From a virus (Duplodnaviria > Caudoviricetes), in the IMG/VR virus record IMGVR_UViG_3300007609_000017, positions 1,895-65,894 of that record: a DNA stretch of 64,000 nucleotides; one strand, 5' to 3'. This document shows positions 9,232 through 19,800 of the stretch, piece by piece. How positions within the stretch are numbered: position 1 is the first letter of the stretch; every line of letters begins with the position of its first letter. The translations under genes were made by a program, and so were the position numbers. Below the pieces are notes generated by a model. It saw nothing but the letters and a program-made list of their open reading frames with translations, was not told where the DNA came from and did not search any database.

Positions 9232-10695
9232 TTAGTGAATGCTAACAATAGCTTCCACCAGTTGAATGTCGACACTGTATTTATCTTCCAGTGCTCTACC
9301 AATGGTGTTAAACGCTGTTGCTTCACCTTCTTTGGCTGTTCTTGCAACGCCGTTGCCTGCACTAACCAATCGATCGCCTTTGCGACATTCACCTTCAACT
9401 TTTACTGGTACTCTTCCTTGCATTGCAACTGCTGGGTGAGTTTCATCAGTGCCTGCTCCTGCATTCATCAAGTAAGCAGCTCTGCCACTGATTACACCAA
9501 AAACACTACTGCTAGCAGCTTCTGAGCTGGCAGTAATTTCTTCGGCTCCGCCAAGTGCTACCACTGTGCCTACATCATATGTTTGGTCTGCGGCAAATCT
9601 TTCTGCCAAGTCGGCATATTGTGCTTGTGTGGCTGTGCCATTGAATGTAGTAGCGTAAATTGTTTGAAATCTCACACTATTAGTACCAATATCTTGTGTT
9701 CCGTCGCTGGACAAAATATCACCAGTCATAGTACCGCCAGTGGTTAGTAGTGCTCCTGCACCACTTACCTGTCCATCTACATACTGCTTGGTTGCCGCAC
9801 CTAGGTTGCTCACAGGATCGCCTGCTAGTAAAATTCTGCTGCTAGCGCCATCAATTGTTAACGCAGTGGTTACAACACCCCCGTCGTTGACTCGCAGCAA
9901 GATATCGCCATTTTGTGTTTGGTTTTGAATCACAACATCGTCGGTGCTTACACTCACCTTAAAATCATTGTCTGCACCTACTTGCAATCCATTGTCATTG
10001 TTGACTGCAAGTGTGCCTGTGGTTGTGTCATTTGCGTCACTGCGTAGGAAGCTTGATGCACTTACTCCGCCTAACGCATCACTGTCTGAACTTGTACCAT
10101 GGAATTTGGCTGATGCTAGTGTACTATTAAGATTGTAACCTTGTTTGATGGTTGCAAATCCACTGATTGCTACCTGTGGTGTAAATTCTGCATCTTTGCT
10201 GACAATGCCAACAATCACATCGCTAACAAAATCTTTTACAACCACGTGGTCTGTTCCAAGATTGTCAGTCACAGTATCAACTACTGCACCACTTTCTCCG
10301 GTGCCTGCTGTAAAGCTAGGTCCAATAAGAGTAAAGCTGGAGCCATTGTACACTTTGAGCTGATTGTTGCTGGTATCCCACCAAAGATCACCAGTAACAT
10401 TGCTGGTAGGTGCACTAGCACTAGCTGTACTACTGCTCACTGTTTTAAAAGTAGTACCATTGTAAACCTTTAGCAGGTTACCACTGGTGTCCCACCAAAT
10501 TTGTCCTGCAATAGGATTGGTTGGTTGTGTGCTGTTTGCAAAGTTTTCCAGTAGTTTAACATAGTTTTCGTTTAGAATTTCACCGTAACCACTATAGTTC
10601 TTACCTACTAGAGTTAAATCTGTTGTTGTATCAATCGTACCGTCTGCTACTGTAGCAAGAATCGATCCGTTTGTTTTGTTAATGGTGTAAGCCAT
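9232..10695 (-). CDS. Tail fibre protein with putative C-terminal autocleaving chaperone-like domain
   Basis: MAYTINKTNG..LVGKNYSGYGE..LLENFA N-terminus, two GxxWWDTSxNxLKVYNG repeats, AATKQYVD, C-terminal YADLAERF..GRVPV domain. Confidence 0.75.
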   Translation of the reverse strand: MAYTINKTNGSILATVADGTIDTTTDLTLVGKNYSGYGEILNENYVKLLENFANSTQPTNPIAGQIWWDTSGNLLKVYNGTTFKTVSSSTASASAPTSNVTGDLWWDTSNNQLKVYNGSSFTLIGPSFTAGTGESGAVVDTVTDNLGTDHVVVKDFVSDVIVGIVSKDAEFTPQVAISGFATIKQGYNLNSTLASAKFHGTSSDSDALGGVSASSFLRSDANDTTTGTLAVNNDNGLQVGADNDFKVSVSTDDVVIQNQTQNGDILLRVNDGGVVTTALTIDGASSRILLAGDPVSNLGAATKQYVDGQVSGAGALLTTGGTMTGDILSSDGTQDIGTNSVRFQTIYATTFNGTATQAQYADLAERFAADQTYDVGTVVALGGAEEITASSEAASSSVFGVISGRAAYLMNAGAGTDETHPAVAMQGRVPVKVEGECRKGDRLVSAGNGVARTAKEGEATAFNTIGRALEDKYSVDIQLVEAIVSIH

Positions 10696-10730
10696 GGTTT
10701 TATCTCATCTCCAATAATACAAGTTATATG

Positions 10731-10738
10731 TATTTATA
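10731..10738 (-). promoter_or_regulatory. T4-type late promoter TATAAATA
   Basis: Exact T4 late consensus in the intergenic gap upstream of the 10695 ATG; gp55 is encoded in the window. Confidence 0.8.
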
Positions 10739-10760
10739 TTCTTGTATAATATACTGTTAT

Positions 10761-11429
10761 TTAGGTAATATCACCCAAATTGGTTAGTGTTTGTATTCTC
10801 ACTGTGTAATCGATTTGAATAAGTCTATTCAATGACTTTTGCACAGGGTGAAATACCACGTGTGTTAGTAATTTTCCTTGTCCGGCTTCGCCTGTCCAGC
10901 TTTTAAGACCCAGTTCATCAAACACAAAATCACCTTCTAGGTCTGTGCTGTTGTCGAACGCTTGTTGACCACTGGGTTCGCCGTAGTCTAGCAAGCAACT
11001 TACCAATATGTCAGTGTAGACCTGTCCTACTGTGTGTCTTATTGTCATTTTGTTTCTAGCAGGATCTGTGTTTAAACTACTGGTATCGTCTACTACTTTG
11101 TAGTAAGTTTGGTTGTAAAGGTCGCTGTTTACACCAGTATTGTTGGCAGGAAGATATGTGATCAAGCCTGTAGGATCCACACTGGTACCACCGTTGCCAA
11201 AATGCATTTCGTGTATGAAGCCAGTTGACTTGTTGGCCAGCATATTTGCCATTGCTTCTGATATATTTTCAAAGTGAATGGCATTTCTTTTATCTACAAA
11301 TATTTCTTTGGTTTCTGGGTCAAAAATTTTGATATGCCCTTGTACGTGGACACCGCCTTTTTCGTCAGGCTTTTTCATTTTGTTTTCTTCCTGCTGTGTG
11401 TTTTGTTTTTTTAAATCTTTAGCAGACAT
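10761..11429 (-). CDS. Baseplate/tail-fibre attachment protein (putative)
   Basis: VHVQGHIKIFD..KRNAIH..FDELGL..THVVFHPVQKS..IDYTVRI pattern, between fibre genes; true start may be 11378 (MKKPDE). Confidence 0.6.
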   Translation of the reverse strand: MSAKDLKKQNTQQEENKMKKPDEKGGVHVQGHIKIFDPETKEIFVDKRNAIHFENISEAMANMLANKSTGFIHEMHFGNGGTSVDPTGLITYLPANNTGVNSDLYNQTYYKVVDDTSSLNTDPARNKMTIRHTVGQVYTDILVSCLLDYGEPSGQQAFDNSTDLEGDFVFDELGLKSWTGEAGQGKLLTHVVFHPVQKSLNRLIQIDYTVRIQTLTNLGDIT

Positions 11430-13780
11430 TCTACCAATCCTAATCCTGTTGTTGTTTTTGTTTCTAGTGCAATGCCTACTAGCGCACCTGTGCCTGCGAC
11501 GGCATATCCTGCTGACTGTGCATATACTGGCTGTCCTTTTTGCACACTATCTTTAATCAAAACAGGCACGCGGCCAGCAAGTGCAACTGCAATTCCGTTT
11601 TCCAGTTCACTGTTCATTAAATATGCTGGCTGTGTAGATACTACGCCAGCCACAAAGCCTTCCTGGTACTCTTCAAGTTCGTAGTCTTCACAACTACTTA
11701 CCTGTAGTACAGTACCCGGGGTATAATCTTTGTTTGCGGTGTACTTTTCAGCTAAGTCAGCATATCGTGCTTGTGTAGCCACTGCCGAAACTTCCCCAGT
11801 TACTGTCAGTGTGTTGGTACTGGGATTGTAGCTGATTCCTGCATCAGTGTAAACATTTTCATATGCACTGCTGACGTTGTTACTGTCAACAAATGTAGGA
11901 TAAAATGTTGCATTAGTAGAAGTAGATGTGGTTGCTACAGTGTTTGCTTGTGTTGCAACACCGGCACTTGTAGCACTATTAACTGTGCCAGTGACACTGA
12001 TGGTTACTGTGTTGTCTGTTACGGCTGTTGTAATATTTGTTCCGCCTGCAAAAGCAAGAGATTCTCCCAACGACACAGAGTCGGTTCCGCTGTCTCCACT
12101 TATATCGAATGATGTTGTGCTGCTGGCAATAGATGAATCTACATACGACTTGGTTGCTGCATCTTGTGCACTCACTGGATCAACCACATCTACAATTCTG
12201 TTGGTGTCGGCACTGATATTTCCTGCAGGAGACAGCACAAGATCATTTGACAGTGTTGTTATAACGTGATTGCCTGCATTGTTGAGTACTAGCTCGCCAA
12301 TTTCTAGCGTGCCTTTTGACACAACCAAGTTGCCGGTGCTGGTACTACTGAATGTGCCAGTGCCCATTGTAAATCTGTCTGCACTTTCATCGTAACCAAT
12401 AAATGCATTGTTTAGATCGCCGCGTTCTATGATTATACCGCCATCGCCACTGGGCGTTCCGGTTCTGCCATTGCCCAAATACATCAATAGATCTTCTACC
12501 AGTATGTTGGCTGTGTTCACAGTGGTAACGCTACCGTTTACTGTTAAGTTGCCCTGCAACACAAGATTATCAAATGTAGGGCTGTCGCTGGTTCCTATGC
12601 TTTGTGGTATACTTACTACCACATTTGCACTTTCTGCGGTGTTGCCTGAAACTGTTACACCTGTGCCTGCTGTGATATCTGCCACATAGATACCAGTAGT
12701 ATGAGTGCCCAAATCCACACTGTTGTCGGCAACCTGTGTTGTGATATTGATGTTGGCGCTTCCGTCAAAGCTTGCACTGCCAGCTACATCGCCGCTGATT
12801 TGTATTGTTCTGGAAGTCTGTAACTTGGTGGCTGTTGCTGTGTTGACCGCAAGACTGCTGGGCAACGATAATGTTATTGTTCCTGCACCGTCGTTGGTTG
12901 TGTTGATCTGTCCTGTGGTTCCATTGATTGTAAATGTACCATTGCTGTCTATGTTTAGAGTACTCAACGAGCCGATGTCTGCAGCAAAATTTATAGCATA
13001 ACTTCCTATGGTGTTGTCTACATATGCTTTGGTTGCTGAATCTTGGTCGCTTATTGGATCGGCTAGACCAGTTATCCTGTTTGCATCCATTGCTAGATTG
13101 TTGGTAGGATCAAAATTAATTGTGATTCTTTCGCTGGACTGTGACATGTTGATATTGTCACCTGATTCAAAACTTCTAAACTGTAGATCTACACCTACTT
13201 TTTGTGCAAACACTTCAAATCCGCTGTTTAGATTGGTTGCTGTGTTTGCTTCACCGCCTGATGCTCCAGGAGCTTCTGCAGCTACCCATCTGCTGCCGTT
13301 CCAAGTTAGCACGTGACTCAATGTTGGCGTGGTTGCAAATTCAACATTGGCTAAATCGTCTATGTTTGCCGAAGCAATCCTTGCATCAGCACGAGCATCT
13401 GTGTAGTATAGATTGCTGCCTTCTGCTAAATCGTTGGTGGTTTTTGCACTGAGATCAAGATTTGTGCCGGTGTTGAGTGCTATTCTGCTGTCTGCTCGGG
13501 CATTTGTATAATAGAGATTGCTTCCTTCGCTGACATCACTGGTAGATTTTGTTGCCAGTCTAGCATCAAACGCATTGTTTGCTCTGCTGGTTGTAAAATA
13601 TAAATTTCCACTTTCGGTGATTTCGGCTGTGGTGAGATTTACCGCTCCGGTTAGTCCGTTGACAGAACTTACATTACTTTCTTCAATGGCACTAAGTCTG
13701 TTGTTTAGTTCACTGAAGTTTCCATCCACTTCTTCAAATGTTAATGGTACACTTTTGTTTGCTCGAAGTACAATTGCCAT
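11411..13780 (-). CDS. Tail fibre protein with internal repeats and C-terminal chaperone-like domain
   Basis: N-terminal PLTFEEVDGNFSEL, three EGSNLYYT-type repeats, two D(S/A)ATKxYVD, TATKLQTSRTI..GDVAGSASFDGS, C-terminal YADLAEKY..GRVPV. Confidence 0.8.
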   Translation of the reverse strand: MAIVLRANKSVPLTFEEVDGNFSELNNRLSAIEESNVSSVNGLTGAVNLTTAEITESGNLYFTTSRANNAFDARLATKSTSDVSEGSNLYYTNARADSRIALNTGTNLDLSAKTTNDLAEGSNLYYTDARADARIASANIDDLANVEFATTPTLSHVLTWNGSRWVAAEAPGASGGEANTATNLNSGFEVFAQKVGVDLQFRSFESGDNINMSQSSERITINFDPTNNLAMDANRITGLADPISDQDSATKAYVDNTIGSYAINFAADIGSLSTLNIDSNGTFTINGTTGQINTTNDGAGTITLSLPSSLAVNTATATKLQTSRTIQISGDVAGSASFDGSANINITTQVADNSVDLGTHTTGIYVADITAGTGVTVSGNTAESANVVVSIPQSIGTSDSPTFDNLVLQGNLTVNGSVTTVNTANILVEDLLMYLGNGRTGTPSGDGGIIIERGDLNNAFIGYDESADRFTMGTGTFSSTSTGNLVVSKGTLEIGELVLNNAGNHVITTLSNDLVLSPAGNISADTNRIVDVVDPVSAQDAATKSYVDSSIASSTTSFDISGDSGTDSVSLGESLAFAGGTNITTAVTDNTVTISVTGTVNSATSAGVATQANTVATTSTSTNATFYPTFVDSNNVSSAYENVYTDAGISYNPSTNTLTVTGEVSAVATQARYADLAEKYTANKDYTPGTVLQVSSCEDYELEEYQEGFVAGVVSTQPAYLMNSELENGIAVALAGRVPVLIKDSVQKGQPVYAQSAGYAVAGTGALVGIALETKTTTGLGLVECLLKI

Positions 13781-13803
13781 TTTTGTTCCTATATACTATG
13801 TTT

Positions 13804-13811
13804 TATTTATT
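13804..13811 (-). promoter_or_regulatory. Late promoter AATAAATA
   Basis: TAAATA core overlapping the stop of the giant gene, upstream of the 13780 ATG. Confidence 0.6.
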
Positions 13812-16800
13812 CGTTAATTTCCACGTATCCTTCGTTGACGTATCCGGATTCTAGATATCTACCACGCTGATCGTTGATCAATATTGGCAGTATGCCACGC
13901 TTTTCGCGCAGGAATTTTGCCTGTGCAGTGTTGGCTTTTTGCATACCTCTGCCATCGGCAGCTGTGCTAGTTCCTTGATCTAGCCACGTGTTTGTATCAG
14001 TATTAGAGCCTGCAATTACATTTTCTATGCCGGCGTCGACTACTGGCATATTCACAGGATGTTCATTTGCAACTCCTGTGCCAGCTGTTCCCCTTCTGAT
14101 CTGCGAAAGTATATTTCCAGTTTTTTGCCAATATGTTATTCTTTCAGCATCAACAAATATCACACCCGGACGATTTTCGGGTATGCTAGGCTCCGACAAC
14201 ACTGAACCGTCTGCTACATATATTTCAGTGTCTTGGGCCAACAAAGGTTGTGTTAACTCAGTAACGCCTTGTTTGATCATTCTGTGGTATTCTACATCAC
14301 CCAGCATACTGTGGAAAATACGCCAACTTATAGCATCAACACTGGTTTCTTCAGTAAAGCTGCTAACAACAACCAAACTGTCTGCTCTAACACCAAAGCT
14401 ATCGCTCACAACAACCTTGTTGCCTTGTACCACAAAATCTATGCCAGGATGCAACTTGATTCCATCTACGGTTACCCAAACATAATTGCTGTTGGTAATA
14501 GGTCTATCCAACTGATATTCTGCGTTGCTGATAATTGTTATGGTTTCACTGTCGAAGTCTGTTACATCATACGGAGCACCACCGAATCCAATAGTGGTAG
14601 TGATTGTGCTTTCTGCAGTTCCTACAAAAACTTTTGTTTCAATGTCGTTGTTGTCGTGATTTGTGAATGTTATTGCTCGTAGATTGCCGCCTTCACTGAT
14701 GTCAATGCTGTCGCTTAACACCACAATATTTTCGCTTTCAACTCGGTACTCTGCATCAGCACTGTTGCTCACAGTTATACGACTGCCAGATGCGGGCGGA
14801 GTGTAAAAAATAACAAATCGTTGTGTGCTACCGTCGTCAAAACTGATGTCATAATCAATAAACTGTTCTTGCTTGACATCGTCTACCCAAACACCAATTT
14901 CAGTGTCGCTGATGCCAAACTGTGTGTCATTGGCGCTGGCTGGAGTATCATAAACAATAGTACTGCTGTCGCCAGTGTAGTACACACTGTTGGCTGGTCG
15001 TAGTCTACTACCATTGTATTCCAAAATCATTTGGCTGCTTGCTGGACCAGTAAACAGCACACGATTGTCCAATTGGTAACTGAGCGTGCTTCCATCTAGT
15101 TGTATCACTTGTTCGTGTATTTCACTGTACGGTATTGCTTGTTCAGAATTAAACACCCAAATCTTTACACGATCTCCTAGCGCAGGAGTTCTTCCAAGCA
15201 CTACTGTGATGTTATCGCCGGTGTCTACTATGGTGCTGACTACACCTTCGCCTTCTATCATTGCAAAGCTAGCCAGTGCAATCTCTGGATCTACCTGTAG
15301 GCTAAATTCATTGGTTCCGCCTGTGCCAATTTCTGTTACTTCAGCAACAGTGTTCTCGCCTGCTACTTGGAAAATATAGCAGTATGCAATGTCTCCCTCG
15401 GCTAGAGGAGTATTAAACACTATCAAGCTATTGGCATAATCAACTTCGTAGTGAGTGCCTGCATATCTAGGGCCTAGGTTTTTGGTGTACACCACCACCA
15501 TATCGCCGTCCGCTATTTCAAATACTGCGGTACTGCCGTCACCTTCTAGGTATGATACTGCAATATTGATGCCATTTCCGGTGCCTCTGCTGTTGCTAGT
15601 AGGTGCTTGATATACTTTTAGATCAAGTGTGTCGAACACTCTTCCAGGCACTAATTCCTCTGGCGAATGACTGCTGTATTCATCTACAAATTCACTGCCA
15701 TCGATCACTATATCACTTGGACGAAGTCCTAAATTGCTGTCACTGAACTGACTTTGTACAAATGTATCGTATGCGTCATCACTGATCACTTCCCTGCCTT
15801 CTGGTCCAATTTGGAAGTTATCAAAAGACTCAATGTCAAACACAGGCAAATCAAATCCAGGTCCTTGATTGAACAACGGCCCTACTACATTTACTCCTGG
15901 ATATTCTACGCCATATACCTGCTGTGAAAGTTCTTTGCCAAGCATACCGCTGGTTGGTGTGTAGTAGGCTGATATTCTATCGTTGGCATTTGTGAAATTT
16001 TCATCAGCATACACACTTAGATTGTCGGCTGTAAACGCAGTTCCGCTGACAAAATCACTGGTGGCAACAAATGCTTCACCGTTGTAGCCAATAATGTCAC
16101 TGGTTTGATATACTGTGTTTGCGGCCCAAGTTTTAACATCACTGGTGTATCTAAATCTATCAAATTTAATTGTGGTAGATATTTTTCTAGTTTTTTGGTT
16201 TTCCAATCTAACCGACAATCTTGCTCCAGAGCCGTTTCCACCTACCAGTGTTACAGTCGGAGTGGTAGTGTATCCGCTGCCCGGCTCTGTCACAGTAACT
16301 TTGTCAATTCCACCGTTTCTGATTCTCGCTACAGCGGTTGCTGTAGTACCGCCTGGTAAATCTGGGTCGCTAATAACTAATTGTGGCGCCACAGTGTAAT
16401 TTTCGCCAGGTGATGCTATTGCAATACTGCTGACAATATAATCATAGTTGCTGTTCCAGCTGGAATTTTGTGCTTGTTCAAATAACGCATCATCCAACGG
16501 ATTGTCACTTTCTGGTTTGCGGTAAATTTCTAAAGACTGATCATAAAAACTTGCAACATCAAAATCTGTGACATCACCCAAGTATTCTTCTTGTTTGTTG
16601 TACCTGTACAAATATTCTCTGATCTTTGTGTGATATGGTTTGGCTTCGTTTACATAATCCAACAAGAAGCTTTGATTATCAGGCTGATACACGCTGTATT
16701 GCTCTAAGCCGCGTATTTTGTGTTCTAAACTGATAAATGATGTTTTAAACAACCAATCAACATACTGCTGTTCTTTGAGAATATATTCAAACAAATCAAA

Positions 16801-19800
16801 AGTAAATCTGTTGAATAGATCGGTTTTATCCGAAATAAAGATATCATCTCTGACAGCATCTATGATTTTGTGTGTTTCCAGTGTTGGCAATTCGTCCCAA
16901 CGATTTCCATCAAATACTTCTGCGCCAAACCCTAAATTTTCCACAGTAGGTTCATACAAGGCAGTACTGATTTGTATAGTACCGTTTTGCAATCCAACCA
17001 ATACCAGCTCGCCGTTTTGCACCACATAGATTTCGAAATTGCCTGCAAGATTGGCTTCAACTTTTACAACGTCATCTTCTGCTAAGTTTAGGTCGACTAC
17101 ACTATTGATTGATGCTATGCTGTAGTCAATTACCGTATCGCTGCTATATCCTTCTGCATACCAGTCAGTAAAACTCCAGTAGTTGCTGGTTTTGTATGAT
17201 TGAACTTTGACCTTTTTCCAGTTGCCGTTGGTCTGTAACTGTCTTATAGTCCATAAATTGTCTTCGGTGGTGTCTAATTGAACAAGGATTTTATACCCAA
17301 CTGGCAATGCCGAGATGTCAATGAAATCCAAATCGCCGGCTGTTGCCACCTGCTGGTTCCACTCGCCACTTGTACTACTAGGAGGTTGTTGCTCGCTGTT
17401 GAGGTTGGCAAATTGTATGGAAGTTGCATATGATTCTTTTTGTAATTCGTTGTTGACAAAGGTTAAAACATTTTTCAGTGCTGCCTGTCTATCCAACACT
17501 ATTGTTTGCCTTGGACGGAACTCTAGACCAAGTTTTTCGCTTATGCTTAGATTTTTATCAGGCACTGTTTCGCCGGTGAAAGTGGTGCCTGCTAAACTGT
17601 CCTTTATTTTTCTAAACATTCTATCATTGACAACACTATCACCGCTGCCTTGTTTGATCAATTCAAATTCTGTGTGTAGATTTTTGTCATTGCGCTCTAC
17701 ATCGTAGTTTACCTTCAGCACACTTTCTTTGTTTTCCAAAAGATTGTTGGCATTGTATACCAGCATTGCATTTGAATCAACAAAAGCAACATATGGAAAT
17801 CCTTGAGTATTAGGAGATTGAATATAATCTGCTATTTGTGCTACACTTAGTGTCTTGTTGTTGGCAACTTGTGATTTGTTTTTAACCCAAAAATAGTAAG
17901 TGGTAGTAAAGGTATTTCTGGCTTGATTATACTGTGTATCAATGGTATAAATGTTGCCTGTTGGATATTTCAAAAGCTGGCCTGGATTTTGATCTATGTA
18001 ATCCAGTGGAGGCAACACACTGCTTGTCCATTCGTATACATCTATCTGACTGCCCGGGAAGAAACTGTTCCAATATTGGGCTCTGTCCTCTAGTGTGCCT
18101 TGTTCGTACTCAAGATATTTTGCAGTACTGGTATCCCACCATATTGTTCCTTGATTGGGCTCACACCAAGCACTGTATTGATTTTGATTTTTGCTGTTGC
18201 CGGTGTTGTATTTGGCAGGATCGTTGTCGCTGATGATGTCAATATTTTGTTGTGCTGCACCTGCAATCTTGCCTTTGGCACCGTCAATATAATCCAAACG
18301 ATCTATGATTGTGTTTGTTCTAGTGTTGTACAGCATCACACTGTTGAATAAATCTGTATCAACTTTGGTGTCTTCTGATCTATATGTTTCCCAGGCTCTT
18401 TTGCCGGTGGAATTTTTAAACACATACAATGCGCCACTGTTTGTGGTAGAATCTTCGTCAAATGGTGCACCCACAATTAATGTATCTGCACTAGCCGCAA
18501 TAGCTGTGCCAAATCTGTCGTTTAAGCTTATTTCGGCACTATAAAACTGCTGACTAGGAACAAATGCGCCAGGATCTTGCAGACTGGCGTTTTCGGCTTC
18601 TACAAACTCAAACACATACACACTACCACTGTCCACATCGTCACTGAACTCTGTGGTTTCGCTGTCAAACACAGTGGTTTGCTGATCAAATTCTGTGATT
18701 TTGTAGGTGGTTGCAAAAGGTGATCCTACAAACAAAACATTGCTGTTTCTATTGAGTTCAAGTGTAGTGCCGAACTGTTCATTTGGCTGTGGATCTGGAT
18801 GATCAAGAGTTTGTACGTATTGCACAGGCTCTAATCCCATTGCTGTTAACACACTGGATTGTAGTGCACTTATTGACATTTCGCCTGTGCTGGTAACAGT
18901 TAACTGGTTGTTGGTTGCAGTTGCACTAATTCCGCTGATGTGTTGGTTGTTGATATTTTGTGCAATTGTACTTGCACTAGTGCCAGTGATAATCACCGGA
19001 CGATTGTTGATTTTGACAATATCGCCTATGTTCAATGATGAGCTGTCTACTGTGCCTGTGATTGTGCTGTATTGAACCGGGACATTGGTGTATCTGTACA
19101 CCGAGCCTTGGTTAAGGTTATTACCAACATCGCGACCAGGTGCACTTGTGTACACACTACAATTATTGTAACAAATAATAACATCTGTGCCAAACCGGTC
19201 ATTGAACCCAGGATTGCTCAACTCAATTGTTTGAACGAGATTGAAGTTGTTGGTTTCGACATCTATCAGTTGTCCAATTTCAGGCGGAGTAGAAAAAACT
19301 ATGTTTGCAAGATTTACAGTAGTGCTGTTGTTTTCTACACCATTAACCAGTACACGATTTGCAGTTGAATTGATATTTTGCACTGTTGAGTATACTGTGG
19401 TGCTACCATCGCCTGTGTAACTTTCTATACTACGCTCATAGTAATACAGCTTGCCGCTGTTTTGTGTGCCAAATTTGGGTGCACTTACCAGTATTTTGTC
19501 GCCTGTGGTCGTGGTGGCTATTTTATCGCCAAATCTATCCCCTTGGCTACTGTCGCTTGCACTGGCAGTATCAACATACACATAGCTAGCATCACGAGTG
19601 ATTAAAAATTCCGTTCCAATTTGCGGTGCACTGGTAAAATGAATTTCGTTGTTGTTTACTAGATCGAAATCTATGTAAGGAGCATAAATTTTACCTGTGT
19701 TATCACTGATATGAACTTGCCAAATATTGTCGTAATCACGATCCATATAGTAAACAGTGGTGCTGCTGTCTGCTGTGAATGTATTAGTGCTAACAGTACT

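Noticed and set aside
9232-11790. Diversity-generating retroelement TR/VR pair at the two fibre C-termini
   Set aside because: Similarity is protein-level and diverged, not adenine-specific; no reverse transcriptase in the window.
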